64,000 nt of DNA, from the NCBI GenBank assembly GCA_036149055.1, contig JAYZQJ010000014.1:64001-128000 (forward strand), read 5' to 3'. A model generated the notes under the pieces. The model made no database searches and had not been told where the DNA came from. It was given only the letters and a program-made list of their open reading frames with translations. The translations under genes were made by a program, and so were the position numbers. This document shows, one piece after another, positions 53,305-62,864 of this stretch. The DNA is from Myxococcota bacterium (GTDB lineage: Bacteria; Myxococcota_A; Polyangia; Polyangiales; Sandaracinaceae). Position 1 is the first letter of the stretch. Every line of letters begins with the position of its first letter.

Positions 53305-54486
53305 GTGACCCGCGCCGCCCTGCCCTGGCTCTTCCTCGCCGCCGCCTGCGCCTCGCCCGCGATCGACCTCGACGCCTCCGCGCCGGACGCTGGCGACGCG
53401 GCGGACGACGCGGGGCCGCCGCCGCCCGAGCCCGCCGCGGACTACTTCGCGCGCGGGCCGCACCCGGTCGGGAACGTGCGGGTGACGCTCACCGACGAGG
53501 AGCGCGGGCGCGCGCTGCCGACCGAGATCTGGTACCCGGCCGCGGAGTCGGCGCGGGCCGACGCGGAGCGCGGGCAGCCGCTCGGGGCGTTCGAGGTCGA
53601 GCCGCGCGCGGGACAGCTCGCGACGCTCGTCGCCGAGGCCGACGCGCGCTGCCTGCGGGAGACGACCCGGTCGGCCGCCGCGCCCGAGCCCGCCGCCTCG
53701 CCCGCGCGCTGGCCGCTGGTGGTCTTCTCGCACTGCCACGTGTGCACGCGCTGGGACCTCGCCGAGGTCGCCGAGCGCCTCGCCAGCTTCGGCGTCGCGG
53801 TGGTCGCGCCCGACCACGAGGACAACACGCTCTGGGATCAGCTCGCGGGCGACGCCGCCGAGGTGGGGAGCGAGTTCCTCGAGGTCCGGGTGGCCGACGC
53901 GCGCTTCGTGCTCGACGCGGTGCTGGCCGCCGAAGACGGCGAGCTCGCGGGGCTCGGCGGGCGCTTCGACCCGGAGCGGGTCGGCGTGATGGGACACAGC
54001 TTCGGGGCGGCGACGGCGGGGGTCGCGGCGGCGCGAGACGATCGCTTCCGGGCCGGGCTCGCGGTGGCCGCGCCGATCACCGCGCTCGGCGGAGGCGTCC
54101 GGGCCGGCGACGTCGCCACCCCCTTCGCCTTCCTGCTCGCCCAGGAGGACAACAGCATCACCGAGGTCGGCAACCGCCTCATCCGCGACGAGCACCGGCG
54201 GCTCGGCGCGCCCAGCCTGCTGGTCGAGGTGGCCGACGCCGGCCACTGGAGCTTCTCGGACCACGCCGGGCTCATCGACCTGTTCTCCGCCGGCTGCGGC
54301 GAGGGCGAGCGACAGACCCGGCCGGGCGAGCCCTTCAGCTACCTCGACAACGGGACCGCGCGCGACATCGCCGCAGGGATCGCCGCCGCGTACTTCGCTC
54401 ACCACCTCCAGGGCGACCCCGGCGGGCTCACCCCGATCCTGCGCGGGCACCCCTCCGGCGCGACGACCGCGACGCTGCGCGAGTAG
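53305..54486 (+). CDS. alpha/beta hydrolase lipoprotein (PAF-acetylhydrolase/dienelactone hydrolase-like)
   Basis: GPHPVG, EIWYPA, PLVVFSH, GHSFG, AGHWSFSD. Confidence 0.85.
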   Translation: MTRAALPWLFLAAACASPAIDLDASAPDAGDAADDAGPPPPEPAADYFARGPHPVGNVRVTLTDEERGRALPTEIWYPAAESARADAERGQPLGAFEVEPRAGQLATLVAEADARCLRETTRSAAAPEPAASPARWPLVVFSHCHVCTRWDLAEVAERLASFGVAVVAPDHEDNTLWDQLAGDAAEVGSEFLEVRVADARFVLDAVLAAEDGELAGLGGRFDPERVGVMGHSFGAATAGVAAARDDRFRAGLAVAAPITALGGGVRAGDVATPFAFLLAQEDNSITEVGNRLIRDEHRRLGAPSLLVEVADAGHWSFSDHAGLIDLFSAGCGEGERQTRPGEPFSYLDNGTARDIAAGIAAAYFAHHLQGDPGGLTPILRGHPSGATTATLRE

Positions 54487-54503
54487 CGCCGTATCCTCGC
54501 CGC

Positions 54504-55181
54504 ATGAAGCCGGAAGAGATCGACGGAATCCTCGCCGCCACGCTCGAAGACGAGCGGGTCTCGCGCGGCGAGCGCCACGCCCTGAAGGAGCTGATCCTCG
54601 ACGAAGGGCTCACCGACGAGCAGCTCGCCTTCGTGCGTCACCGCGCGTTCGCGCTGGCCAAGGAGCGGCTCACGAGCGGGCGTCAGGTGCTCGAGTGGCT
54701 CGAGGACGTCGTGAAGATCCTGACCCCGCGCGAAGAGAAGGGGCCGCACCGCGCCGAGGTCCAGTTCAGCCCCGGGCCGGGCTGCCTGAACGCGATCACC
54801 CGCTGCCTCGACGAGGCCCGGGAGGCGGTCGACATCTGCGTCTTCACCATCACCGACGACCGGCTGGCGAGCGCGATCCTGGCGGCGCACGGGCGCGGCG
54901 TGCGGCTCCGGCTGCTGACCGACGACGACAAGTCCTTCGACCGCGGCTCGGACATCGAGCGCCTCGAGGCGGCGGGCGTCCCGGTGCGCACCGACCGCTC
55001 CGAGCACCACATGCACCACAAGTACGCGGTGTTCGACCGCGACCTCCTGGTCACCGGCAGCTACAACTGGACGCGCTCCGCCGCCCAGCACAACCGAGAG
55101 AACCTCCTGGTCAGCGACGACCCCCGCCTCGTGAAGCCCTACCTCCGCAAGTTCGAGGAGGACTGGAGCAGCCTCGGGTGA
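54504..55181 (+). CDS. phospholipase D-like nuclease (Nuc/Zucchini type) with helical N-terminal domain
   Basis: Single HKD motif HHKYAVFD, TGSYNWT, NREN, FSPG. Confidence 0.9.
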   Translation: MKPEEIDGILAATLEDERVSRGERHALKELILDEGLTDEQLAFVRHRAFALAKERLTSGRQVLEWLEDVVKILTPREEKGPHRAEVQFSPGPGCLNAITRCLDEAREAVDICVFTITDDRLASAILAAHGRGVRLRLLTDDDKSFDRGSDIERLEAAGVPVRTDRSEHHMHHKYAVFDRDLLVTGSYNWTRSAAQHNRENLLVSDDPRLVKPYLRKFEEDWSSLG

Positions 55182-55244
55182 CGTGAGGCCGGCGATCAGC
55201 CGAGATTAGCGGTGGGCGTCGGACCCCCGCGCTAGCCTCGCGAG

Positions 55245-56915
55245 ATGCGCCGCGCTGTATTTTTCGCCCTCCTCCTCTCCGCCTGCGGCGGATCCACGCC
55301 CACCGACGCCGGGGTGGAGCCCGACGCCAGCTCCCCCGTCGCCGACGGCGGGGACGCCGCGACGCCGGAGGACGCCGGCCCCACGGACGCGGGGGTCGAG
55401 CCCCGGGAGTGGCAGCTCGAGCCGGGGCACTTCCACCCCGCGGTGATGCCGATGACGCTGGTCTACCCGCGCGGGGACGACGAGACGGCGGCCCACGCGC
55501 GGCACCGCTGGGCCCACCCGGGCATGGAGTACCGGATCCCGGCGGCGGTCATCCAGGGCGGCGCCTGGCCGTTCTTCTACGAGCTCGTCGAGGGGCCCGA
55601 GGGCGCCCGGGTCGGCGCGCAGCTCGACCACGTCGGCGACACGCAGGTCTCCGGGCCCGACTACGGCGTGCTCCGCTGGACCCCGCGGCCCGAGGACGAG
55701 GGGGAGACCTTCACCTTCTCGGTGCGCGTGACCGACCAGGAGGGCGCCACCACCGAGGCGCGCTGGACGGTCACCGTCGACAGCGCGCGCTTCCTCTTCC
55801 TGAGCCCCGACGGTGACGCCGCCAACCCGGGCACGATCGACGCGCCGATGCGCGACGTGGCCGACTGGTACCGCGGCGACCCGGACGACTCGACCTTCGC
55901 CGACCGGATCGTGGTCTTCCGAGGCGGCGACTACCTGCCGATCGGGCAGGACGGCAACGAGAACCTCCGCATGGAGATCGGCTCCAAGCCGATGAGCTAC
56001 ATCGGCTTCCCCGGCGAGACCCCGACCCTCGACGCCACCCGCGCGAGCTGGACCTTCTGGGCCGGCACCACCGACGTGTTCTTCGCCGGCCTGCGCTTCG
56101 TCGGGAGCAAGGTGGTGAACCCCGACGGCGGCGAGGTGAACAACGCGCGCAACATCTCCTTCTACGGCGCGCGCAACCACGACCGGATCACCTTCTTCGA
56201 GATGACCGCCGAGGACATCGCGCCCGGCGCGGTCGGCAACGACAACCCGGCCTTCGTGTGGCGCCCCTCGAGCGGCTCGAACCGTGGTCAGTACTGGGCG
56301 TTCGTGAACAACCGCTTCGGCCCGGGCGGCCCGCGCTCGAGCAACGGGCCGCGGCCGGTCTCGATCTCCTGCGTCAGCTACGTCGTCTACGAGGGCAACA
56401 CCGTCTTCGACTGGCACGGCACCCACACCTTCGGCGACAAGGCGAACGTCGACCACGAGACCCAGCGCGACAACGATCTCTGGGAGGTGGCCCGCACGGT
56501 GGACGGCCCCGGCTACGCGCTCTCGGCCGGCATGGCGGACAGCTACGACCCGAGCCACGTCCCGGGCCACGTCGAGCTCGCCTACAACCGGGTGCGCATG
56601 TCCGACAGCGCCGGCCCGGCCCGCTACGCGGTCTCCATCGGCCGGAGCGCCATCGGGGACGACAGCCGCGGCCCGATCTGGGTCTACCGGAACTCCATCC
56701 AGGGCGGCGTCGCGTTCTGGACCGAGTCCATCTACGAGATCGCGGCCGAGGGCAACGTCGTGCAGGGCGACGTGGAGCGCGCGCGGGCGGTGCAGGACGG
56801 CGACAACCACATCGTGGCCGAGGGCGAGGAGAGCCCCTTCGACGACGCCAGCGGCGCGCTCGTCGGGGACGCGCGCGACCGCTACCTCGGCACGCACGGC
56901 ACCGAGATCCGCTGA
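55245..56915 (+). CDS. lipoprotein with Ig-like domain and beta-helix (pectin-lyase-like) domain
   Basis: Lipobox LSAC; GVLRWTP..FSVRVTD; GDAANPGTIDAP, GFPGETP. Confidence 0.75.
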   Translation: MRRAVFFALLLSACGGSTPTDAGVEPDASSPVADGGDAATPEDAGPTDAGVEPREWQLEPGHFHPAVMPMTLVYPRGDDETAAHARHRWAHPGMEYRIPAAVIQGGAWPFFYELVEGPEGARVGAQLDHVGDTQVSGPDYGVLRWTPRPEDEGETFTFSVRVTDQEGATTEARWTVTVDSARFLFLSPDGDAANPGTIDAPMRDVADWYRGDPDDSTFADRIVVFRGGDYLPIGQDGNENLRMEIGSKPMSYIGFPGETPTLDATRASWTFWAGTTDVFFAGLRFVGSKVVNPDGGEVNNARNISFYGARNHDRITFFEMTAEDIAPGAVGNDNPAFVWRPSSGSNRGQYWAFVNNRFGPGGPRSSNGPRPVSISCVSYVVYEGNTVFDWHGTHTFGDKANVDHETQRDNDLWEVARTVDGPGYALSAGMADSYDPSHVPGHVELAYNRVRMSDSAGPARYAVSIGRSAIGDDSRGPIWVYRNSIQGGVAFWTESIYEIAAEGNVVQGDVERARAVQDGDNHIVAEGEESPFDDASGALVGDARDRYLGTHGTEIR

Positions 56916-57079
56916 CGGCTTGCGTCCACGTTCGGAGGCGCTAGAAGGGGCGACCCCTTCCCAGGGCGACGCTCCGCGCGCCCGCCTCTTCAATCCTCGA
57001 GTCGCCCCCCGCCGTCGCGCGCCACCCCTCCGGGTGCGCGCATCCGCTCGGCCGCGTGGGCGCCACGAAAGCAGTACCC

Positions 57080-58525
57080 GTGCTTCACCGTCTCCGGGAG
57101 CAGTGGCTCCAGAGTCCCCGCGCCGATCTCCTCGCCGGCGCCGTCGTCGCCCTCGCCCTCATCCCCGAGGCGATCGCCTTCTCGCTCATCGCCGGCGTCG
57201 ACCCGCAGGTGGGGCTCTACGCCTCGTTCTGCATCGCCGTCGTGATCGCCTTCGCCGGAGGGCGCCCGGCGATGATCTCCGCCGCCACCGGCGCGATGGC
57301 CCTCGTGGTGGTCCCGCTCGTGCGCGAGCACGGCCTCCCCTACCTGCTCGCGGCGACGATCCTCACCGGCGTGATCCAGATCGTCTTCGGCTACCTCAAG
57401 CTGGCCCGCTACATGCGCTTCGTGCCGCGCGCGGTGATGACCGGCTTCGTCAACTCGCTCGCGATCCTGATCTTCCTCGCGCAGCTCCCGCAGCTCGAGG
57501 GCGGCGGCCTGACCACCTACGCGATGGTCGGCGCCGGCCTGGCCATCATCTATGGCCTGCCGCGCCTCACCCGCGCCGTGCCCTCGCCGATGGTGGCCAT
57601 CCTCGTGCTCACCGCGCTGACCTGGTCGTTCGGCTGGGACGTGCGCACGGTGGGCGACCTCGGGGCGCTCCCGAGCGGGCTGCCCGCGTTCGCGCTCCCC
57701 GCGGTCCCCGCGACCCTGGAGACGCTCGCCATCATCGCGCCCTACTCCTTCGCGCTCGCGCTGGTCGGGCTCATCGAGAGCCTGCTGACCGCGCGCCTGG
57801 TGGACGAGGCGACCGAGACCGAGAGCGACAAGCACGTCGAGTCGCGCGGCCAGGGCGTGGCGAACATCGTCGCCGGCTTCTTCGGCGGCATGGCCGGCTG
57901 CGCGATGATCGGGCAGTCGGTGATCAACGTGAAGTCCGGCGGCCGCAGCCGCCTCTCGACCCTCTTCGCCGGCGTGCTGCTCCTCGTGCTCGTGGTCGGG
58001 CTCGGCGAGTGGGTCGCGCGCATCCCGATGCCCGCGCTCGTCGCGGTGATGGTCATGGTCTCGCTGAGCACCTTCGACTGGTCGTCGATCCGCCGGCTCG
58101 CGGTGATGCCGCGCAGCGAGGCGATCGTGCTCGTGGTAACTGTGGCGGTGGTGGTGACCACCCACGACCTGTCCAAGGGCGTCATCGCCGGCGTGCTGCT
58201 CAGCGCGCTCTTCTTCGCCCGCGTGGTGGGCAAGCTCGTCACCGTCGAGCGCGAGGTCGACGAGGCCCGCGGCCTCTGCACCTACCGGATCGACGGGCAG
58301 CTCTTCTTCGTGTCGGTCGAGGACCTGCTCGGCGCGATGCGCTTCGACCGGTCGCAGCCGAAGGTCGTGCTCGATCTGCGCGACGCGCACGTGTGGGACG
58401 ACTCCGCGGTGGCCGCGATCGACAAGATCGTCACGCGCTTCCGCGCCCTCGACGTCGAGGTCGAGCTGCACGGCATGAACGAGGCGAGCGCGTCCCTGGT
58501 GCGGCGGCTCGGCGCGGCCACCTGA
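57080..58525 (+). CDS. SulP-family inorganic anion transporter with STAS domain
   Basis: [42 protein letters not shown]. Confidence 0.95.
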   Translation: MLHRLREQWLQSPRADLLAGAVVALALIPEAIAFSLIAGVDPQVGLYASFCIAVVIAFAGGRPAMISAATGAMALVVVPLVREHGLPYLLAATILTGVIQIVFGYLKLARYMRFVPRAVMTGFVNSLAILIFLAQLPQLEGGGLTTYAMVGAGLAIIYGLPRLTRAVPSPMVAILVLTALTWSFGWDVRTVGDLGALPSGLPAFALPAVPATLETLAIIAPYSFALALVGLIESLLTARLVDEATETESDKHVESRGQGVANIVAGFFGGMAGCAMIGQSVINVKSGGRSRLSTLFAGVLLLVLVVGLGEWVARIPMPALVAVMVMVSLSTFDWSSIRRLAVMPRSEAIVLVVTVAVVVTTHDLSKGVIAGVLLSALFFARVVGKLVTVEREVDEARGLCTYRIDGQLFFVSVEDLLGAMRFDRSQPKVVLDLRDAHVWDDSAVAAIDKIVTRFRALDVEVELHGMNEASASLVRRLGAAT

Positions 58526-58541
58526 CCCGCCCCTCCGCCGC

Positions 58542-58946
58542 TCAGCGGTCGGTGACGCGCCAGACGAAGCGGAGGCCGGACCAGGTCTCGTCGACGGCGC
58601 AGACCTTGTTGTCCACGAGGCCCTGGGCGAGGCCGTAGGCGCGGACCCCCGCGTCGCCGAGATCGGTGGCCACGCCGCTCGCCTTCTTCGGCCAGCAGAC
58701 CCAGAGCCCGCCGTCCTTGGCGATGCGGGCCTGGGCCTTCGGGAAGCGCGCCCGGAGCGCCCGCTCGGAGAGGGCGAAGAGCAGGGCCACGTCGATGGGC
58801 GCCTTGCCGCGCAGGTCGCGCTTCACGGTCACGCTCTCCGGCAGCCCCTCGAGGGCGAAGCCGTCGGGCGCGTCGAGCAACGCCACGCGGTGCCCCGCCT
58901 TCACCCCGAGCTTCTTCGGGAGCGGGGTGCCGCTGTAGCCGGCCAA
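58542..58946 (-). CDS. DUF3052-like protein
   Basis: AGYSGTPLPKKLG, GLWVCWPKKASG, GLVDNKVCAVDETWSGL; TTG start. Confidence 0.85.
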   Translation of the reverse strand: MAGYSGTPLPKKLGVKAGHRVALLDAPDGFALEGLPESVTVKRDLRGKAPIDVALLFALSERALRARFPKAQARIAKDGGLWVCWPKKASGVATDLGDAGVRAYGLAQGLVDNKVCAVDETWSGLRFVWRVTDR

Positions 58947-58948
58947 GG

Positions 58949-59491
58949 TCAGTTCCCGACGAGCTCGGCGAGGCCGCGGGCGAGGGCGCCCTGCTCGGCG
59001 GGGGAGAAGCCCTCGCTCTCGCGCACGATGCGGCCGTTGCGGTCCACCCACACGCTGAAGGGCGCCGCGCGGCGCGGGTTGAGCTGGGTGGTGACGCGGG
59101 TGTCGAGGTCGGTCACCACGTCGAAGGTCACCCCGAGGCGGCGCGCCGCCGGGCCCGCGCGCATCACCGTCGCCTGCGAGTCCATGCTGATGGCCACGAT
59201 CTTCAGGCCACGCTCGCGGTAGCGCTCGTACATCGCCTGGTAGAACGGCAGCTCCTGCTGGCAGGGCTGGCACCACGTCGCCCAGAACAGGATGACGACC
59301 GGGTCGTCGCCCAGGTGCTGCGACATGCGGAAGGGCCGCGAGGTCGGGCCGCCGGTGGCCGCCGGGAGCTGGAAGGGCGGGGGCCGGCCGCCGACGCGGG
59401 CCGACGCGAGCGAGGGGCCGAAGGAGGCCGGGACGAGCAGGGCCAGGGCCAGCAGGGCGCCGAAGCCGATCAGGAGGGTGCGCGTGCGCAT
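58949..59491 (-). CDS. TlpA-family thiol:disulfide oxidoreductase
   Basis: FWATWCQPC; N-terminal signal/TM. Confidence 0.9.
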   Translation of the reverse strand: MRTRTLLIGFGALLALALLVPASFGPSLASARVGGRPPPFQLPAATGGPTSRPFRMSQHLGDDPVVILFWATWCQPCQQELPFYQAMYERYRERGLKIVAISMDSQATVMRAGPAARRLGVTFDVVTDLDTRVTTQLNPRRAAPFSVWVDRNGRIVRESEGFSPAEQGALARGLAELVGN

Positions 59492-59508
59492 GAGCAATTC
59501 TCCGGGGG

Positions 59509-61203
59509 TCAGATGCGTCCGACGAACTCGAGCCGGATTCCTTCAAAGGTGGGGACATCGCGGCACACCCCGCCCGAGCAGATCTGCCCGCCGGGGGTCT
59601 GCCCGACGAAGAGGCCGAGGTAGGTGCCGGGCTCGAAGGTGTAGCGCCCCTCGAGCGCCGGGTAGAACTCGCCGCCGAGCAAATTGTAGTCGACCATCTG
59701 GCGGCGCTGCACGACGCCGGCCTGGAAGTCGGTCCAGCGGAGCGAGAGCGTCACGGTGAACGGCACCCCGAAGCTGTAGGTCGCCGAGACCCCGCCGATC
59801 TGGAACTCGTGCACCGAGTTGCCGAGCAGCTCCCGCTCGTGGCGGTGGTCGACGACGATGTCCACCGAGTGATCCCCGTCAGCCAGGGTCAGCTCGCCGC
59901 GCCCGTGGATCATCCAGCGGTCCATGTCGCCGGCCTGGAACTCGGTCAGCGGGATGTCGTGGAGCAGGACCTCGAAGCGCGAGCCGAGGATGAAGTCGAG
60001 GCTGTACTGCAGGCCCTCGCCGTACTCCTGACGCTTCTTCAGGCCGACCCAGCTGTGGGTGACGAAGACGCCGTCCCAGGCGTCGCCCCGGACCTCCTCG
60101 TTGAAGCCGTAGGCGACGCTGTTGACCGAGAAGCTCCAGGGCCCTGGCAGGAACGCGTAGTCCATGCGCACGCCGCCGCCGCGCTGGTTGCCGATGGCGC
60201 GGAGCCGCTGCGGCCCGTCGAACTCCACCGGCGGCGCGGCGTTGTAGATGCGCCAGGTGCGGCTCTCGAGGGTCGAGGGCGCCACCAGGAAGTCCGCGTA
60301 GTCCTTCCACTCGACGAGCAGCGTGAGCTCGGAGAGCTGGAGCTGCGCCGAGCCGTAGACCGCGCGACCGCCGCGCACCGACTCCTCCTCGAAGAGGTTC
60401 TGGGTGCGGCGCATGCCGTTGGCCTCGGCGTAGAGCGCCAGCTGCCCGTCGGCGAGCGCCGGCGCCTCCACGCTCCAGCCGGCCACGTCGACCGCGCGGT
60501 TGGTGAAGGCGCTGAACTCCTCGTCCTCGAACCAGACCCGGACCGCGTGCGCGCCCACCGTGATCGGCAGCTCGCCGGGGATCGTCACCGCGGCGTTGGC
60601 GCCGGTGACCACGTCGGTGAACTCGCGAATGATGCTGAGGTCGAGCGGGTCCTGATTCTGCGGGTTGGCGACGCCGCCGTGGATGCCGAACCGGAAGTTC
60701 TCGCCCTGGTAGCGCACGTGCCCGCCGCGGAGCGCGGTGTCGACGCCGAGCAGGTCCACCTTGCGGAACGAGAGCGCGATGCCGCGCCCGAAGACGATCT
60801 GGGTGTCGCCGGCCTCGATGGTCCAGTCCCGCGGCTCCCAGCGCAGCGTCAGCCGCTCGGGGCGGAGGTCCCAGGCGAGGTAGCACCGGGAGTCGCCCGC
60901 CACCGTGCAGGGGCTCTCCTGGAAGACCGTGGTGGGGACGAAGGCGTCGATGCGGCTCTCGACCCGGAGCTCGTCCCCCTGCAGCGCGAGGTCGAAGCGC
61001 TGGTAGAGCGAGCCGAAGTCCTCGTCGTACGGGTCGCCGAGCTCGTAGTCGTTGCCCCGATAACGCAGGATGCTCGTGTTCGTGAGCGAGAACGTGGTCT
61101 CGCCGAACAGCGGCAGCTCGAAGCTCGGCGCCTGGGCCACCGCGGGAGAGGCGGCGGCCAGGGTCAGACAGACGGCGAGCGCGACGACGGCAGTCGCGCG
61201 CAA
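59509..61203 (-). CDS. putative outer-membrane beta-barrel protein (DUF6029-like) with C-terminal CSGGVC motif
   Basis: Signal peptide (AVA-Q), alternating amphipathic strands, FGRGIALS, EWKDY, GGQICSGGVCRDVPTFEG. Confidence 0.72.
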   Translation of the reverse strand: MRATAVVALAVCLTLAAASPAVAQAPSFELPLFGETTFSLTNTSILRYRGNDYELGDPYDEDFGSLYQRFDLALQGDELRVESRIDAFVPTTVFQESPCTVAGDSRCYLAWDLRPERLTLRWEPRDWTIEAGDTQIVFGRGIALSFRKVDLLGVDTALRGGHVRYQGENFRFGIHGGVANPQNQDPLDLSIIREFTDVVTGANAAVTIPGELPITVGAHAVRVWFEDEEFSAFTNRAVDVAGWSVEAPALADGQLALYAEANGMRRTQNLFEEESVRGGRAVYGSAQLQLSELTLLVEWKDYADFLVAPSTLESRTWRIYNAAPPVEFDGPQRLRAIGNQRGGGVRMDYAFLPGPWSFSVNSVAYGFNEEVRGDAWDGVFVTHSWVGLKKRQEYGEGLQYSLDFILGSRFEVLLHDIPLTEFQAGDMDRWMIHGRGELTLADGDHSVDIVVDHRHERELLGNSVHEFQIGGVSATYSFGVPFTVTLSLRWTDFQAGVVQRRQMVDYNLLGGEFYPALEGRYTFEPGTYLGLFVGQTPGGQICSGGVCRDVPTFEGIRLEFVGRI

Positions 61204-61207
61204 AGGA

Positions 61208-61819
61208 TCACTCCGCGAGGAGCATGTCGAGCGTGTTGGTCAGCCCGGCGAGCGCCTCGGTGTAGCCGTACTCGCGGTACCGGATCGTGCCCTCGGAGTC
61301 GACGATGAGGGCGGCGGGGAGCGAGCCGGCCGGGAAGTAGATGCCGGTCTCCTGGGTCGGGTCCATGACGACCGGGTTGGTCAGGCCGTAGGTGTCGACC
61401 CAGTTCTGGCAGAAGGCGGCGTCCGGCGCCGCGTAGTCCTCGTCCTGGATGACGGCGACGACCACGCGCACGTTCTGGTCGGCGTACGCCTGGGTCAGCT
61501 GCGCCTCCATGACCTGCGCCTCGCGGATGCAGGGGCCACACCAGCCGGCGGCGATGGACACGACGGTGAAGCTCGCGTCGCAGTAGCCCTCGGCCTCGCC
61601 GTAGAACTCGTAGGCGCTGCCGTCGCAGCGGTCGAGCGTGAACGGCGAGAACTTGCTGCCCTCGGACGAGCCGAAGCCGCTGGTCGGGGCGGCGCAGGCC
61701 GGCTGCTCGGCGCCCGAGTCCTGGAGCACGATGCCCGCGTCGTCGTCGGCGGGCGGGTCGCCGCCGTCACAGCCGAGGAGACCGAAGGAGAGCGCGGTGA
61801 GGCAGAGAACGAATCGCAT
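61208..61819 (-). CDS. redoxin-domain lipoprotein
   Basis: Lipobox LLGC; AGWCGPC; LP cis-Pro loop. Confidence 0.85.
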   Translation of the reverse strand: MRFVLCLTALSFGLLGCDGGDPPADDDAGIVLQDSGAEQPACAAPTSGFGSSEGSKFSPFTLDRCDGSAYEFYGEAEGYCDASFTVVSIAAGWCGPCIREAQVMEAQLTQAYADQNVRVVVAVIQDEDYAAPDAAFCQNWVDTYGLTNPVVMDPTQETGIYFPAGSLPAALIVDSEGTIRYREYGYTEALAGLTNTLDMLLAE

Positions 61820-61830
61820 GGGTTTCCTCT

Positions 61831-62760
61831 TCAGGGGGCGCAGACGGCGCGGGGGTTGCCGTCGCTCCCGGTCACGGTGACACAGCTGTAGCCGCTCGGA
61901 CAGCCGTCCGTCTGGCAGTTGCCAGGGACGCAGATGCCATTGGAATAGCTGGAGGTGCCGCCGCTGGCGAGCTGGAACTCCTGCAGGCAGGTGTAGCCCT
62001 CGCGGCAGTCACCGTCTCCGGCGCACGACGCGTAGCAGCGCCCGAGGTCGCCGCGCGACTGGCCGTCACCGGCGGGGATGCACACCGCCTCACCCTCGCA
62101 GCTGCCCGCGGGGAGCGCGTCGCCGGCGAAGAAGTCGTTGTTGTTGAAGCCGGAGGGCAGGACGCAGCTGCCGACGCAGTAGCCGCCGACCCATCCGGTG
62201 GGCGCCCCCATCTCGTTCACCTCGGGCACGCAGCTGCCGCTCCGGCAGCCCTCGGCGTCCGCGCAGCCCTCGCCGGTCACCGAGCCCTCGGCGGGCGCGT
62301 CGGTGCACTGCTTGGTGTAGGGGTCGCAGACGAGCCCGAAGCCGCACTGCGCGTCGTCGGTGCAAGACGCCACACAGATGCCGCCGCTCGGCGGGAGCTC
62401 GCCGGTGCAGCTGTAGCCCTCGCGCCGGCAGTCGATGCCGTTGAGGCAGCGGCGCTCGCAGAACGACTGCTCCTCACCCTGGCGGGTGGCGCAGTGGTGG
62501 TAGACGCCGTCGACGTCACAGGGCGTGCGGTCCTCACAGGGCACGGTGCAGAAGCCGTCCGGGTAGCCGTCCGACGGCGGGCGGCAGACCGCGCCCTCCC
62601 CCGGGCACTGCCAGTCCTCGCGGCAGGGGCCGAAGAGCGTGCTCGGCTCGAGCGGAAGGCCGGCGTCCGACTCCGGGCCGGCGTCCAGCTCCGGGGTGCC
62701 TCCGTCGCAGGCGGAGAGCAGAAGGCAAGCGGCCCCGAGGGCCGAGATCGTGAGTCGCAT
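61831..62760 (-). CDS. Cys-rich lipoprotein
   Basis: Lipobox LSAC; many Cys; GGYC motifs. Confidence 0.8.
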   Translation of the reverse strand: MRLTISALGAACLLLSACDGGTPELDAGPESDAGLPLEPSTLFGPCREDWQCPGEGAVCRPPSDGYPDGFCTVPCEDRTPCDVDGVYHHCATRQGEEQSFCERRCLNGIDCRREGYSCTGELPPSGGICVASCTDDAQCGFGLVCDPYTKQCTDAPAEGSVTGEGCADAEGCRSGSCVPEVNEMGAPTGWVGGYCVGSCVLPSGFNNNDFFAGDALPAGSCEGEAVCIPAGDGQSRGDLGRCYASCAGDGDCREGYTCLQEFQLASGGTSSYSNGICVPGNCQTDGCPSGYSCVTVTGSDGNPRAVCAP

Positions 62761-62864
62761 CGAAAGTCCCATCGCGCGTGCGGGTCGCAGGAGCGTTGGT
62801 CGAAGCGAGCCCCGAGTCAATGTGCTATCTGGATCTGCCGGCTCGACGGCCCCGAGGAGCGATC

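Noticed and set aside
54504..55181. PLD nuclease as an anti-phage defence system
   Set aside because: Stand-alone gene with host-like codon usage and no helicase, methylase or other defence partners nearby
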